64,000 bases of DNA from NCBI GenBank assembly GCA_016180815.1, contig JACPAN010000004.1:44358-108357 (forward strand). Direction: 5' to 3'. Each line of letters starts with the position of its first letter. The stretch's first letter is position 1. The translations under genes were made by a program, and so were the position numbers. The notes beneath the pieces were generated by a model that saw only the letters and a list, made by a program, of their open reading frames with translations, was not told the DNA's origin and ran no database searches. This DNA comes from Elusimicrobiota bacterium (lineage in GTDB: Bacteria; Elusimicrobiota; Elusimicrobia; JACQPE01). This document shows, piece after piece, positions 37,941 through 47,805 of the stretch.

Positions 37941-38018
37941 CAAATAATTGTAGCGGATTCCCAAGCGAGGGGGTCCGCCCGGTATTGAAAAATTCGCCAT
38001 AACGGCCTAACCTAAAAT

Positions 38019-39182
38019 ATGGAACGCCGCCGCTTAAATGCTTCAGCGCCGGTCAAGGCCAAAGCAACGCCAAATACACGGCCGGAAACGCCAAAAACAG
38101 GCTTTTCCGCGAATCGGGAAACCCTAATAGTCGGGGGCGTCGGTTTCTTGATGTTTCTGTTGGGCGCCATGGTCATGTCCAAAATGCTGGGCGCCAACAA
38201 CGAAGAAGTTTGGGAAAACCCCTTATCCGACGAAACCATTCAAACGAATGACCAGGATCAACATGCTTCCTTAGTTACCGCCGAATCCTCGGCCGTATCC
38301 GAGGAATATCTGCATGCCATCGAAACTTCGGCTCCCCCCAACATTCCATCGCCGCCCAAAGCGCACGATGAACCGAAACAGGAAACGACGGAGGATATCC
38401 CCGATTTAACGGTGGAATACGCGGCGCCGGATCATTCCGCTCAAGCAACGGCCAGGGGGCGCAGGCTCGCCCCGCTCCTTGAATTTAAAACCACGGAGCC
38501 GAGCAAAAAAATTTATTGGGTGCTTGCTTCATCCTTGCTGGATAAGGCGCTCAAAAATACGAGCACCACGCGAACCCTCCAGGGTCCGGCCATAGCGCCT
38601 AAACGTCCGCCGGCCACAAAAATTCACGGCCCCGGCACTAGAAAGCTGCCGAATAAACGCGGCGGAGGCACGGGCATTGTGCGCGGGACTCAAAGCACAA
38701 GCTGGCTGATCAGCGGCCCTGTTTCTATGGGGATCGTGGGTCCTGGAGGCGGAAACGAACCGGGCATTGTTTCAGGAGAACCGCCGGGAAGCCTGCCCGT
38801 TGACGTCACCGTCAGAGGTCTTCAAATCAGAATCGCTGTCTGGGATTGCGGAGGAGTCGATGACGAGGATATGCTTAAGCTCACGCTTAATCCCGATGAA
38901 CCCACGGCCCAGCAAGCCGTGATCACGCCTCATTTCCCCCGCGGCCGCACGGTGGATTTCGACCCTCCGGATTCAAGCTTGACCACCGCGGTCAGCTTCA
39001 CTTTGAAAAAAGGCCGCAACAAGCTGCGGTTTACGGCTCTCTCCGAAGGCAGCTCACCCCCCAATACCGGCTGCCTTCGCTATGTGCCGCCCACCGACCT
39101 CATCAAAGGGCCGGCCAACCAAAATTGGAAATCCGGACTTAAGGCCGGGCAGACGCACGACATCATCATTGACTCGCCTTAA
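38019..39182 (+). CDS. Hypothetical membrane-anchored, proline-rich protein
   Basis: Single TM LIVGGVGFLMFLLGAMVMS followed by a low-complexity Pro/Gly-rich region. No domain recognised. Confidence 0.45.
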   Translation: MERRRLNASAPVKAKATPNTRPETPKTGFSANRETLIVGGVGFLMFLLGAMVMSKMLGANNEEVWENPLSDETIQTNDQDQHASLVTAESSAVSEEYLHAIETSAPPNIPSPPKAHDEPKQETTEDIPDLTVEYAAPDHSAQATARGRRLAPLLEFKTTEPSKKIYWVLASSLLDKALKNTSTTRTLQGPAIAPKRPPATKIHGPGTRKLPNKRGGGTGIVRGTQSTSWLISGPVSMGIVGPGGGNEPGIVSGEPPGSLPVDVTVRGLQIRIAVWDCGGVDDEDMLKLTLNPDEPTAQQAVITPHFPRGRTVDFDPPDSSLTTAVSFTLKKGRNKLRFTALSEGSSPPNTGCLRYVPPTDLIKGPANQNWKSGLKAGQTHDIIIDSP

Positions 39183-39336
39183 GGGACCGTTAAGGAATTA
39201 ATGATCCACGTTCCGGACAAAAGTCCCTAATTTACCCAGGTCCTTGCCTGCATATTTTTTAGGACCATGGGCTCAGGCGGATTTTGAGTGTTTCAAGATA
39301 CGCTTATTTGGAATCGCTGAATTTTTAGGAGGTTTG

Positions 39337-39999
39337 ATGAAACGCTCATTCGCCGCCGTGCTTGCCGCCGTATTATTTGTTCCCGCGTTATGCGGAACCG
39401 TCTTAGCCGATGATTTTGAAAAAATCCGCCTTACTTTTGACGACGGCCAAGGCGGCATCCTCCAGGCAGACAGCGGCGGTGGAACGCCGAATCAATCCAA
39501 GAAAAAACAGAATCCTCGCCGGCGCGAGCGCCGGCCCGATCCCCCGCCGAATCAAACCCCGGCCCAAACCGGCGGATCAGTGGTTCGAGACGTTTCTCCG
39601 GATGATGTCGATGCCGTCATCCAGAATTCAACAGCGGCCTTCGTGGTCACGTTTTACTCCCCCACCTGCCCGCACTGCCACAGCTTCCTGCCGCTTCTGG
39701 AGGAAGTAGCCCGCGATTACCAAGGCCGGGTTCTTTTTTTCAAAATCAATGTGGATTCCCATTCGATCTCCGGGCCCGTGCCCACGACCCTTTTTGTCCG
39801 GCCTGACCGGAAAGTCGCGGTTCTGGAAGGCACGCACCCCGACCCGGATGTAGTCAAAACAACGTTGCGCGACACCATCGATAATTTTGTCCTAGCGCCT
39901 AATCCGCCGTCCAACGGGCAACAAAACGGCGGTCAAAATCAAATGCAGCCTCATGTTGCACCCAACCCCGGAGCCAGGCCAGGGAGAATAGACCTTTAA
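39337..39999 (+). CDS. Secreted thioredoxin-like protein (CPHC active site)
   Basis: Signal peptide MKRSFAAVLAAVLFVPALCG. Thioredoxin fold block AFVVTFYSPTCPHCHSFLPLLEEVARDY. Pro/Gln-rich linker and C-terminal tail. Confidence 0.7.
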   Translation: MKRSFAAVLAAVLFVPALCGTVLADDFEKIRLTFDDGQGGILQADSGGGTPNQSKKKQNPRRRERRPDPPPNQTPAQTGGSVVRDVSPDDVDAVIQNSTAAFVVTFYSPTCPHCHSFLPLLEEVARDYQGRVLFFKINVDSHSISGPVPTTLFVRPDRKVAVLEGTHPDPDVVKTTLRDTIDNFVLAPNPPSNGQQNGGQNQMQPHVAPNPGARPGRIDL

Positions 40000-41186
40000 A
40001 CCTGTTGCCTAGGCGCCCAGCGGCGAACCCAGGGTAATAAGGCAAAGGCCGGAAGCGCGAGCAGGAAAGTCAAGGCAAAATAAGTCGTATAGCCGAAGGT
40101 CTGAGCGCCGAAACCAGAAAACGCTCCGGCCACGGAACGCGCCAACCCAAAAAACGCGGATAAGAGCGCATATTGCGTAGCCGCATGCGCTTTGTCGCAA
40201 ATCACCATTAAAAAAGCCAAAAATGAAGCTGTGCCTAAGCCGCCGCAGAACGCTTCCGTAATCACGGCCACATACATCATGGCATCCGATGGCGGCAGGG
40301 CTGCGGCCAAGGTATAAACCAAGTTGGAAACGGCCTGAAACAACCCTAAAATCCAAAGGGCCCGAAAAATCCCCCACTTCGTCGTCAAGCGTCCGCCCAG
40401 CAAGGCGCCCAACACCGTGCTGATAACGCCGACCGTTCCCGGGACAAGCCCGATTTGAAACGGCGTGAATTTCCGGTCCACCCAAAACGTCTTGCTCATG
40501 GGGATGAGCGAATAATCGCCCACTTTAAAGAGAAGAATGAAAATCATGACCGCGATGAAACCCGGGCGGACGAGGAATTGCTTCAACGGGGTCCAGACCG
40601 CATCCATCACCGGCTCCCCAGAAGCTTGCCGTCGCACCGTGGCAAAAGGCGTCCGAGCAGCGGCAGCGGACATCAACAACAAAATCCCCGAGGCAGCCAT
40701 CAGCGCGCCGCGCCAGGAAATCGCTCCGGCCAACGCCACCAGCAGGCCGCCGGAAACAATGAGCGCAATCCGGTAAAACATGACGCGGATGCCGTTGGCT
40801 TGCCCCATTTCGCGGGGATCCAAAAATTCGATCGTGTAAGCGTCGATGGCGATATCCTGAGTGGCTGAAAAAAACGCCATGGCGACGAGCAAGCTCCAAA
40901 AAAACACGCCCGCGGACGAGGGGCTCGGCCCTAAGGCGAAAAAAAGCCCGGATACGGCCAAGAGCGCCAGACAAGCCGAAATCCACATTTTGCGTTCAAA
41001 AAAAACGTCGACGGCCGGAGCCCAGAGGAATTTCAAAGTCCAGGGCAGCCCGATCAAACTCAAGAGCCCGATTTCCTGAAGGCTCACGCCGTAAAAACGG
41101 AAATAAACCGGAAAAGCCTCGTTGATCAAACCGAACGGAAACCCTTCCGCGAAATAAAGAACCGCGACCCAGAAAAGCTTGCCCAT
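39996..41186 (-). CDS. MFS transporter, AmpG-like (muropeptide permease family)
   Basis: Twelve or more TM helices. N-terminal LYFAEGFPFGL resembles the AmpG signature. The start at 41186 forms a TGATG overlap with the stop of the upstream pilin gene. Confidence 0.6.
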   Translation of the reverse strand: MGKLFWVAVLYFAEGFPFGLINEAFPVYFRFYGVSLQEIGLLSLIGLPWTLKFLWAPAVDVFFERKMWISACLALLAVSGLFFALGPSPSSAGVFFWSLLVAMAFFSATQDIAIDAYTIEFLDPREMGQANGIRVMFYRIALIVSGGLLVALAGAISWRGALMAASGILLLMSAAAARTPFATVRRQASGEPVMDAVWTPLKQFLVRPGFIAVMIFILLFKVGDYSLIPMSKTFWVDRKFTPFQIGLVPGTVGVISTVLGALLGGRLTTKWGIFRALWILGLFQAVSNLVYTLAAALPPSDAMMYVAVITEAFCGGLGTASFLAFLMVICDKAHAATQYALLSAFFGLARSVAGAFSGFGAQTFGYTTYFALTFLLALPAFALLPWVRRWAPRQQV

Positions 41187-41671
41187 CAACGAGTATTCCA
41201 AATAACGGATTTGGAATCATTGTGCGCGCAGCCGATGTAAAAGTGGCCCCAATTGATCGAGGTGTTATTGTTGATGTACTTCCAATTGCCTGTATCCACG
41301 GTGGAGGAGAACTCGACGCTGTTGACCTCGTCGCCCCCGGTATTGTGATGCCCGGGATTACCGACATCCGAAAAAGCCGGGATAATGCAATCAAGAGCAT
41401 CCTGGGATTTTAAATACTTGCTGTTGGCGAACAGCGCGTCGATATCCAATGGCGGCATGCCTTCGGAATCGCTGTAATAGATGGAGAGGGCGCTTCGAAT
41501 CGCCGACAAATTGCCCCGCGTCCTGCCTTCCTGGGCTTTTCTGACCAGTTCGGCGAATTTAGGAATCGCAATGGCCGCCAAAATGCCGATGATGGCGACT
41601 ACGATCATCAGCTCGACCAAAGTGAAGCCTCGGGGCCGTTGAACATGAGCCGATGATCCCACGCGCAACAT
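41186..41671 (-). CDS. Type IV pilin (PilA-like major pilin)
   Basis: RGFTLVELMIVVAIIGILAAIAIPKF is the canonical class III signal plus the N-terminal alpha-helix. Approximately 140-aa mature protein with a C-terminal Cys pair. Confidence 0.8.
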   Translation of the reverse strand: MLRVGSSAHVQRPRGFTLVELMIVVAIIGILAAIAIPKFAELVRKAQEGRTRGNLSAIRSALSIYYSDSEGMPPLDIDALFANSKYLKSQDALDCIIPAFSDVGNPGHHNTGGDEVNSVEFSSTVDTGNWKYINNNTSINWGHFYIGCAHNDSKSVIWNTR

Positions 41672-41747
41672 TCTAACTTTATGGATTTAAAAATATCAGT
41701 ATGGAGGGTATGGAGATAGCCGGAGTGTATTCGATAAAATAAATGCC

Positions 41748-42521
41748 GTGGGCAAATTTTTACATGTCAAATCCCCCTGGCTTTTAAGCGGCGGCGCCGT
41801 CATCGCCGTGGGGCTGGCCACCGTCGTCGCCTTGCGCCAGCTTGGGCGCGTGGCCGAATCAATCAACCGGGAGAGCGCGGCATCCGCCCGGGCGGCCAAA
41901 GAACGCGGCCGCTCGCTCGAGTCTCTTCCCCGGGAACTTGCCGGCAGCCTCAACGAAGCCGCGGCCGAGGCTCGAGCGCCGATTCCCGGCCGGCCGGACA
42001 ACCCTCCGGCAACCGTTTCGAAAAAAAAGAAAAAATCCGAAACCGCCAAGCAACCCGCGCCCCCGGCAAAAACAACGGCGCCATCCAGGGGCCCTTCAAA
42101 AAGCGATTTGACGGAATCCGAACTCCTGGCCATACTCGCTCCTCAGGATGATTCCTGCTCCCCCAAAAAACCCGAGCCATGCGCCGAAGAAACCGCGAAA
42201 AAAGAATGGTCCGGAGGCGGCGGGCCTGAACAAGCGGGGACGCTCATCGCCAAAAACGAAACCGAATGGAAAATTCTTTGGGGCAAGGTATCGTCCGAGC
42301 CGCCGCCTGTCGTGGATTTTTCAAAGGAAATGGCGGTGGTTATATTCGGCGGCAAGACGAGGGAATTCAGCCTGGAAATCGCGGGGATTGGCGAAGAGCC
42401 CGGGAAAATCGTGGTGCGCTACCGGCGCTGGCCGGGGCTGCCCAAGGGCGGGCATCCCTACATCATTCGCCTGGCTCCAAAATCCGATCTTCCGGTTGAA
42501 TTCAAAATAACGGATCGCTAG
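41748..42521 (+). CDS. Hypothetical membrane-anchored protein with a Lys/Pro-rich linker
   Basis: TM segment LLSGGAVIAVGLATVVAL and a low-complexity region containing KKKKKSETAKQPAPPAK. Confidence 0.45.
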   Translation: MGKFLHVKSPWLLSGGAVIAVGLATVVALRQLGRVAESINRESAASARAAKERGRSLESLPRELAGSLNEAAAEARAPIPGRPDNPPATVSKKKKKSETAKQPAPPAKTTAPSRGPSKSDLTESELLAILAPQDDSCSPKKPEPCAEETAKKEWSGGGGPEQAGTLIAKNETEWKILWGKVSSEPPPVVDFSKEMAVVIFGGKTREFSLEIAGIGEEPGKIVVRYRRWPGLPKGGHPYIIRLAPKSDLPVEFKITDR

Positions 42522-44686
42522 CGATCCATTCGATCGAATGCATCAAGCAACGCGCCGCGTCCGACCTCGGCCGGCGCCAGGCCGCGCGTAACGCCGAATT
42601 GCGAATTAAGCTCCTCGCCCGCCATCAAGAGTTCCAAGCCTTCGCGATTACCCTGGGTGCGCCCCGCCTCAAACAAATAATCGGCGAACGCATCCACGAA
42701 CTCTTCCGGCGTGCCTTGCCTTAGGATATCTTCCATGCCCGCCGGGATCATATTGTTTCTAATCCAATCAGCCACCAAACGCAATTTCTCCTGATAGGAT
42801 AGGGCGCTGAAGGTCCCCGGATTCATGTTCATGGCTTTGATGCCGACATTGTAAATCAACCAGTCTTTAAACGCGTCTCTGTCTGAGGCGGTCAACGGCG
42901 GCAAGGGCGTTAAGCGGCCGCTCATCATGGCGCCCATGGCCAATAAATCGCCGGCGTTGCGTCCTTCCCCGCTTAATTCGTTCATCAGGCGATTGCGCGT
43001 AATCCTTAGGGCCAAGTCGCTCAAGAGCTCAGGGTCTTGGGTGATGCCCAGCGTAGCGTCGACCACCGGCAAGCTGCGATAAAGCGACATGCAATCCCTC
43101 AGCTCGGGATTTGTATACGTATAGCTGCCGTCTCCCGCCGGACCGGAAAATTGATGCCCTTCTTCGTCGGCCATGATGCTCGAACAGGCCAACCGCAGCA
43201 ATCCTTCCCGAACCCCCGGCGAGCTGTCGAGAAACAAAGAAATAATCCTGCCGTCTTCGGGGTCATTGCGCAGTTCATCAAGCACTTGATCCCGGGCCGC
43301 CACCAACCCATCCGACGACGGCACGGGTTCGCGGCGGGAATTCCTGGAGTTCACGCCGAAGGCGCCCTGTCCGTAGACGCTGACGGGGCCCGCATCCAAA
43401 TTTCCGCCCACCGCGAAAAGAACGCCGCCGGCGGTGCGCTGGGCTCCGCCATAATCGATCGAGTCGACAAAACCGTTGACGCCCACGGCCAACCCACCGA
43501 CCGGTGAAACCGTCAAGCCGGCCATACCGCCTTGCCTGAAAAACTCGATGTCGCGGCCTTCCTCCCGGTAATATTCCCCCGTCACTTCGAAAGGCCGGTC
43601 CCAGGCCCTCCCTCCTACGCGAAGAACGTGGCGCTGCTCAACGGTCATGGGCGGCCACCAATCCGTGACCGTTAAACCATTTAATTGGACCCGGCTTTGC
43701 ACCTCAAAAAAACCGTCGGGAATAAACGGCAATCCGCTCCAAACGCCGACGCCCGCATGGGGAGCATGGTCGAAATGAAAACCGACCAAATCGCTGTAAG
43801 AACCTTGGGCGTCCTCTCGAACCCTCAACGCCTCGCGCAAAGGATTAAGCCCGACGGGCGAATAATTTTGGCTGTCGCCGATAAAAAGGGCCGCGGCCGC
43901 GCCGAGGGGATTCCTCGGCCGCCAGCGCAAACCGAAGCTTAAATCGGTTTGGCCGTTGCCGTAGATATGCGGCTGTCCTGTGCCGCCGTCTAAATTGGTC
44001 CAGGTATCCACCACCGCGGTCACCGCGGTCGCTAAATCAAAATCTCCGCCCAGATGAAAACCCCGCGCCAATTGAGCCTCCATGCTGGCAAACAACAGAT
44101 GATAAGCGTTGAATGAAGAATCCGGGGCCCCGGTCATTGCCAAAGCATCCTCAAGACGCTGCGCTCCAACCGAATCCGGATTAAGGCTTGAGCGAAAAGC
44201 GTCCCGCTGGGCCTGGTTCCAGCCGCGGCTGAAATCTTGGCTCTCGACCAATTCCTGGGCGAAGGCGTCGGTTTGATCGCGAGAGGAGGCCGCGCCTTCA
44301 TGATAGCCGTCAAGAAGCCGCGCGCTGCGGGCGTTCTCGCCGGGGAAAGGGCGGCCCTGTAGTTGAAGGTAACCGGTGCGCAGACCAAAAAGAAAATGGG
44401 TTCTCGTGTCCGGACTTGTCTGCCAGCGGCCTTCCAAGGCCGCAAAAGGGCTGGGGTCGAAGTGATCGGAGCCGTTATTTAATCCAAAAATCCCCAGTTG
44501 AAGCTCAAGATGCGCCGGGTCCAGATTGACGGCCATATACGTATTGGCGTCAGGGCGAACGGGGAAGCCCTGCGGCCGATGGCTGCCGTCAAAGACTTGG
44601 GCTCCTTGCTCGGCGTCCTGAGCAAACGCCGGGGAATCCACCCAAAGCAAGGGCGCGCCGAAAAAAAGGAACAGGGTCCAGAGCAA
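42518..44686 (-). CDS. Large secreted hypothetical protein (722 aa), possibly outer-membrane associated
   Basis: Signal peptide MLWTLFLFFGAPLLWVDSPAFA. Gly/aromatic-rich regions. No domain recognised. Confidence 0.45.
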   Translation of the reverse strand: MLWTLFLFFGAPLLWVDSPAFAQDAEQGAQVFDGSHRPQGFPVRPDANTYMAVNLDPAHLELQLGIFGLNNGSDHFDPSPFAALEGRWQTSPDTRTHFLFGLRTGYLQLQGRPFPGENARSARLLDGYHEGAASSRDQTDAFAQELVESQDFSRGWNQAQRDAFRSSLNPDSVGAQRLEDALAMTGAPDSSFNAYHLLFASMEAQLARGFHLGGDFDLATAVTAVVDTWTNLDGGTGQPHIYGNGQTDLSFGLRWRPRNPLGAAAALFIGDSQNYSPVGLNPLREALRVREDAQGSYSDLVGFHFDHAPHAGVGVWSGLPFIPDGFFEVQSRVQLNGLTVTDWWPPMTVEQRHVLRVGGRAWDRPFEVTGEYYREEGRDIEFFRQGGMAGLTVSPVGGLAVGVNGFVDSIDYGGAQRTAGGVLFAVGGNLDAGPVSVYGQGAFGVNSRNSRREPVPSSDGLVAARDQVLDELRNDPEDGRIISLFLDSSPGVREGLLRLACSSIMADEEGHQFSGPAGDGSYTYTNPELRDCMSLYRSLPVVDATLGITQDPELLSDLALRITRNRLMNELSGEGRNAGDLLAMGAMMSGRLTPLPPLTASDRDAFKDWLIYNVGIKAMNMNPGTFSALSYQEKLRLVADWIRNNMIPAGMEDILRQGTPEEFVDAFADYLFEAGRTQGNREGLELLMAGEELNSQFGVTRGLAPAEVGRGALLDAFDRMDR

Positions 44687-44820
44687 CCCTTAATGGTACT
44701 GAGTTTCCCGGCAATCTGACATGGGTCTTAAGACCCTTAAATGCTGGGCCAAAAGGCCCTGATCAAAAAAGATCGAAAGGCCTTCCTCAAAGGCTCCCGG
44801 CAGGGTAGAATGCGCTATCC

Positions 44821-45468
44821 ATGAACGATCGCGACATTCATCAAGCAATTCGAATTTTACGCCGCGAAGTCCGCCGATGGAACAAACCCATTGTCGGGCA
44901 TTATAAAAACAACCCGTTTACCGTACTGATCAGTTGCGTTCTTTCGTTGCGCACGCAAGACAAGACAACCGAAGGCGCCAGCAAACGCCTGTTCGCCCAA
45001 GCCGAGACGCCGCAGGTCATGACGGCATTGCCCGTCAAAACAATCGAAAAGCTGATTTACCCGGTCGGGTTTTACCGGACTAAAGCTAAAAATATCAAAG
45101 AAATTTGTCGAATTTTATTGGAACAATATCAGGGCAAGGCGCCCGATGAAATCGACGAGCTGATGAAACTCCCGGGCGTCGGGCGAAAAACGGCGAATTT
45201 GGTGGTGACCTTAGGCTACGGCAAGCCGGGCATTTGCGTGGATACGCATGTCCATCGCATCAGCAATCGCTGGGGCTATGTCAAAACCAAAACCCCGGAG
45301 GAAACGGAAATGGCCCTGCGGCGCAAGCTGCCCAAACAATACTGGATCAAAATCAACGATTTGCTGGTCGCCTACGGTCAAAACCTTTGCAAACCGGTGT
45401 CGCCCCTATGCAGCCGATGCCGGCTGCGGCCCTATTGCGCCAGGAGAGGAGTTGAGAAAAGCCGTTAA
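44821..45468 (+). CDS. nth: Endonuclease III (HhH-GPD DNA glycosylase with 4Fe-4S cluster)
   Basis: HhH motif LPGVGRKTANLVV, catalytic Asp block VDTHVHRI, and C-x6-C-x2-C-x5-C (CKPVSPLCSRCRLRPYC). Confidence 0.9.
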   Translation: MNDRDIHQAIRILRREVRRWNKPIVGHYKNNPFTVLISCVLSLRTQDKTTEGASKRLFAQAETPQVMTALPVKTIEKLIYPVGFYRTKAKNIKEICRILLEQYQGKAPDEIDELMKLPGVGRKTANLVVTLGYGKPGICVDTHVHRISNRWGYVKTKTPEETEMALRRKLPKQYWIKINDLLVAYGQNLCKPVSPLCSRCRLRPYCARRGVEKSR

Positions 45469-45474
45469 AAGGAC

Positions 45475-46659
45475 CTACGGCAAAACCTTGACGAAGCCGC
45501 GCTTGCCCAGATTCACGACGGCCGGGGAGGACAGCTCGACTAAGATATCCTCCTTGGCGACCTTGCCGTCTAAGCGCACACCGCCTTCCGCAATCTTTCG
45601 TTGAGCCTCTTTGCGGCTGGGCGCCAAACCGCTTAACGCAAGCAACTGGGACAAAAAAAGCTTCTTGTCTTTCGGCAGGCGGAATTCGGGCATGCTTTCC
45701 GGAAGCTCGCCGGATGAATGCACGCGCTCAAAATGCGTTCTGGCTGCGTCCGCGCCCTGTTTGCCGTAAAACTGAGCCGTAATCGTTAAAGCCAACAGCT
45801 TCTTGGCTTGCATCGGGTGCATGGTTCTCATTTGGGTCAAATCAAGCCCGGTCAAGAGTTCGGCCCATTGCCACATGGTGTCATCTGAGACCGACATCAC
45901 CTTGCCGAAAATATCCTCAGGCTTATCCTTGATGGACACGGCGTTTCTGTAGGTCTTAGACATTTTTTTAACGCCGTCGGTCCCCACCAGAATGGGCAGC
46001 GTCATGGTCACTTGAGGCTCCTGCCCATGATCCCTCTGCATATCCCGGCCGAAGAGAAGATTGAACATTTGATCCGTTCCCCCCAATTCCACGTCCGCTT
46101 TGACGGCCACGGAGTCGTAACCCTGGAACACCGGGTACATGATTTCCAGCATGGTGATGGGTTCGCTTTTTGAAATGCGCGTTTTAAAGTCTTCCCGCTC
46201 CGTCAAACGCGCATGGGTGACTTTGGGCAAATACTCCAAAATTTTCCCGGAGGACATGAAGGGGTCAAGCCACTCCGAATTAAAACGCAATTCCGTTTTT
46301 TCCGGGTCCAAAATCCCAAAGGCCTGCTCTTTGTACGTTTGGGCGTTGGCGTGGATTTCCTCAGGCGTAACCACGGGCCGCGTTTCGCTCCTGCCGGAAG
46401 GGTCGCCCACGCGAGCGGTGAAATCCCCGATGATCAAAACGCCCGTATGGCCCAGTTCCTGGAACGCGCGCATTTTTTTGAGGCAAACCGTATGGCCCAA
46501 ATGAAGGTCCTTGGTCGTGGGGTCGACGCCTAATTTCACCCTCAACGAGCGGCCGCGGCTGAGTTTTTCGGCCAGCTCTTTTTCGGTCGTGACCGAAGTC
46601 GCGCCGCGCAGAAGGATTTTCAGTTCTTGCTCAAGGGCCATGTTTAAAAAAAGGGACAA
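45475..46659 (-). CDS. tyrS: Tyrosine--tRNA ligase
   Basis: GVDPTTKDLHLGH (HIGH), LIIGDFTARVGDPSGR, KMSKT (KMSKS block), and a C-terminal S4 domain. The true start is possibly the internal Met at 46641. Confidence 0.9.
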   Translation of the reverse strand: MSLFLNMALEQELKILLRGATSVTTEKELAEKLSRGRSLRVKLGVDPTTKDLHLGHTVCLKKMRAFQELGHTGVLIIGDFTARVGDPSGRSETRPVVTPEEIHANAQTYKEQAFGILDPEKTELRFNSEWLDPFMSSGKILEYLPKVTHARLTEREDFKTRISKSEPITMLEIMYPVFQGYDSVAVKADVELGGTDQMFNLLFGRDMQRDHGQEPQVTMTLPILVGTDGVKKMSKTYRNAVSIKDKPEDIFGKVMSVSDDTMWQWAELLTGLDLTQMRTMHPMQAKKLLALTITAQFYGKQGADAARTHFERVHSSGELPESMPEFRLPKDKKLFLSQLLALSGLAPSRKEAQRKIAEGGVRLDGKVAKEDILVELSSPAVVNLGKRGFVKVLP

Positions 46660-46671
46660 TGGTGTCTGTCA

Positions 46672-47805
46672 CTATTTTTTGGGTTGATAGTCGATGAGGC
46701 GCGCGCTTTGGCGCCCCTTTCTTTTCATCGCCAACTCGATGAGGCGATCCAGCAAGCGCGCGTAGGGAACGCCCGAGGCCTCCATCATTTTAGGGTACAT
46801 GCTGATGGAAGTGAACCCCGGGATGGTGTTGATCTCCCCGAAATAAAAAACGCCGGAGCTCTTATCCAGAAGAAAATCCACGCGCGCCATGCCTTCGCCT
46901 TCAAAAGCCAAAAATACGGTTTTAGCCGCCTCCCGGACCGAGGCCGCTTCCGAAGCCGTCAATTGAGCCGGGATTTTTAATTGGGCGCCGTCAGGGTCGA
47001 TATATTTAGCCTCGTAAGAATAAAACTCGTGTTTGGGAATCACCTCGCCCGGCGCCGACACCAAAATATCCTCATGATCCCCCAGCACCGCGCATTCGAT
47101 TTCCCTGGCGTCGATGCCTTTCTCGATGATGATTTTGTCGTCGTAGCGGAACGCCTCGCGGCAAGCCTCGCCCATGGCGTCGGCGGTTTTGATTTTGCTG
47201 ACGCCGACCGAAGAGCCCAGGCGGGCCGGCTTGACGAATACCGGAAACCCCAATTCCCGGCCGAACTCGGCGGCCGCGGCATCGGCTTTTCTTACGAATT
47301 TATTCCATTCATAGCGGCGAAGCACATGATACGCAGGCACGGCAAGGCCGGCCTGAGCCGCCAGCCTGAAGGCGACGTCTTTGTCCATAGCCACTGAACT
47401 CGCCAATACGCCGCAGCCCACATAAGCCGTATCAAGCAGTTCCAACAGCCCCTGCACCGTGCCGTCTTCACCCATGGGACCGTGCAACGCCGGAAAAACA
47501 ACGTCGAATTTGGGAGAAATCTTGACCGCAGGTTTGGCCGGAACCAGGGTCTGGCCGTTGATTTTAGGGTTGATCAATAAATCGGTCGCCTGATCGAAAA
47601 CCGGCAACGTATCTTTGGCCGAAGCCAGCAGTTTGCGGGCGTCCTGAAAGCGCCATTGCCCGTCTTTGCCGATGGCAATGGGGATGACCTCATATTTTTT
47701 CGGGTCTAAATTGCGCCAAATGGACAAAGCTGAAACCCGGGAAATTTCATGCTCCGCGGAACGCCCGCCGAAGAGCAAGGCGACTTTGATCTTTTTACCG
47801 GGCAT
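46672..47805 (-). CDS. ddl: D-alanine--D-alanine ligase
   Basis: N-terminus KIKVALLFGGRSAEHEISRVSA and ATP-grasp blocks (FVKPARLGSSVGVSK, EIECAVLG). Confidence 0.9.
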   Translation of the reverse strand: MPGKKIKVALLFGGRSAEHEISRVSALSIWRNLDPKKYEVIPIAIGKDGQWRFQDARKLLASAKDTLPVFDQATDLLINPKINGQTLVPAKPAVKISPKFDVVFPALHGPMGEDGTVQGLLELLDTAYVGCGVLASSVAMDKDVAFRLAAQAGLAVPAYHVLRRYEWNKFVRKADAAAAEFGRELGFPVFVKPARLGSSVGVSKIKTADAMGEACREAFRYDDKIIIEKGIDAREIECAVLGDHEDILVSAPGEVIPKHEFYSYEAKYIDPDGAQLKIPAQLTASEAASVREAAKTVFLAFEGEGMARVDFLLDKSSGVFYFGEINTIPGFTSISMYPKMMEASGVPYARLLDRLIELAMKRKGRQSARLIDYQPKK

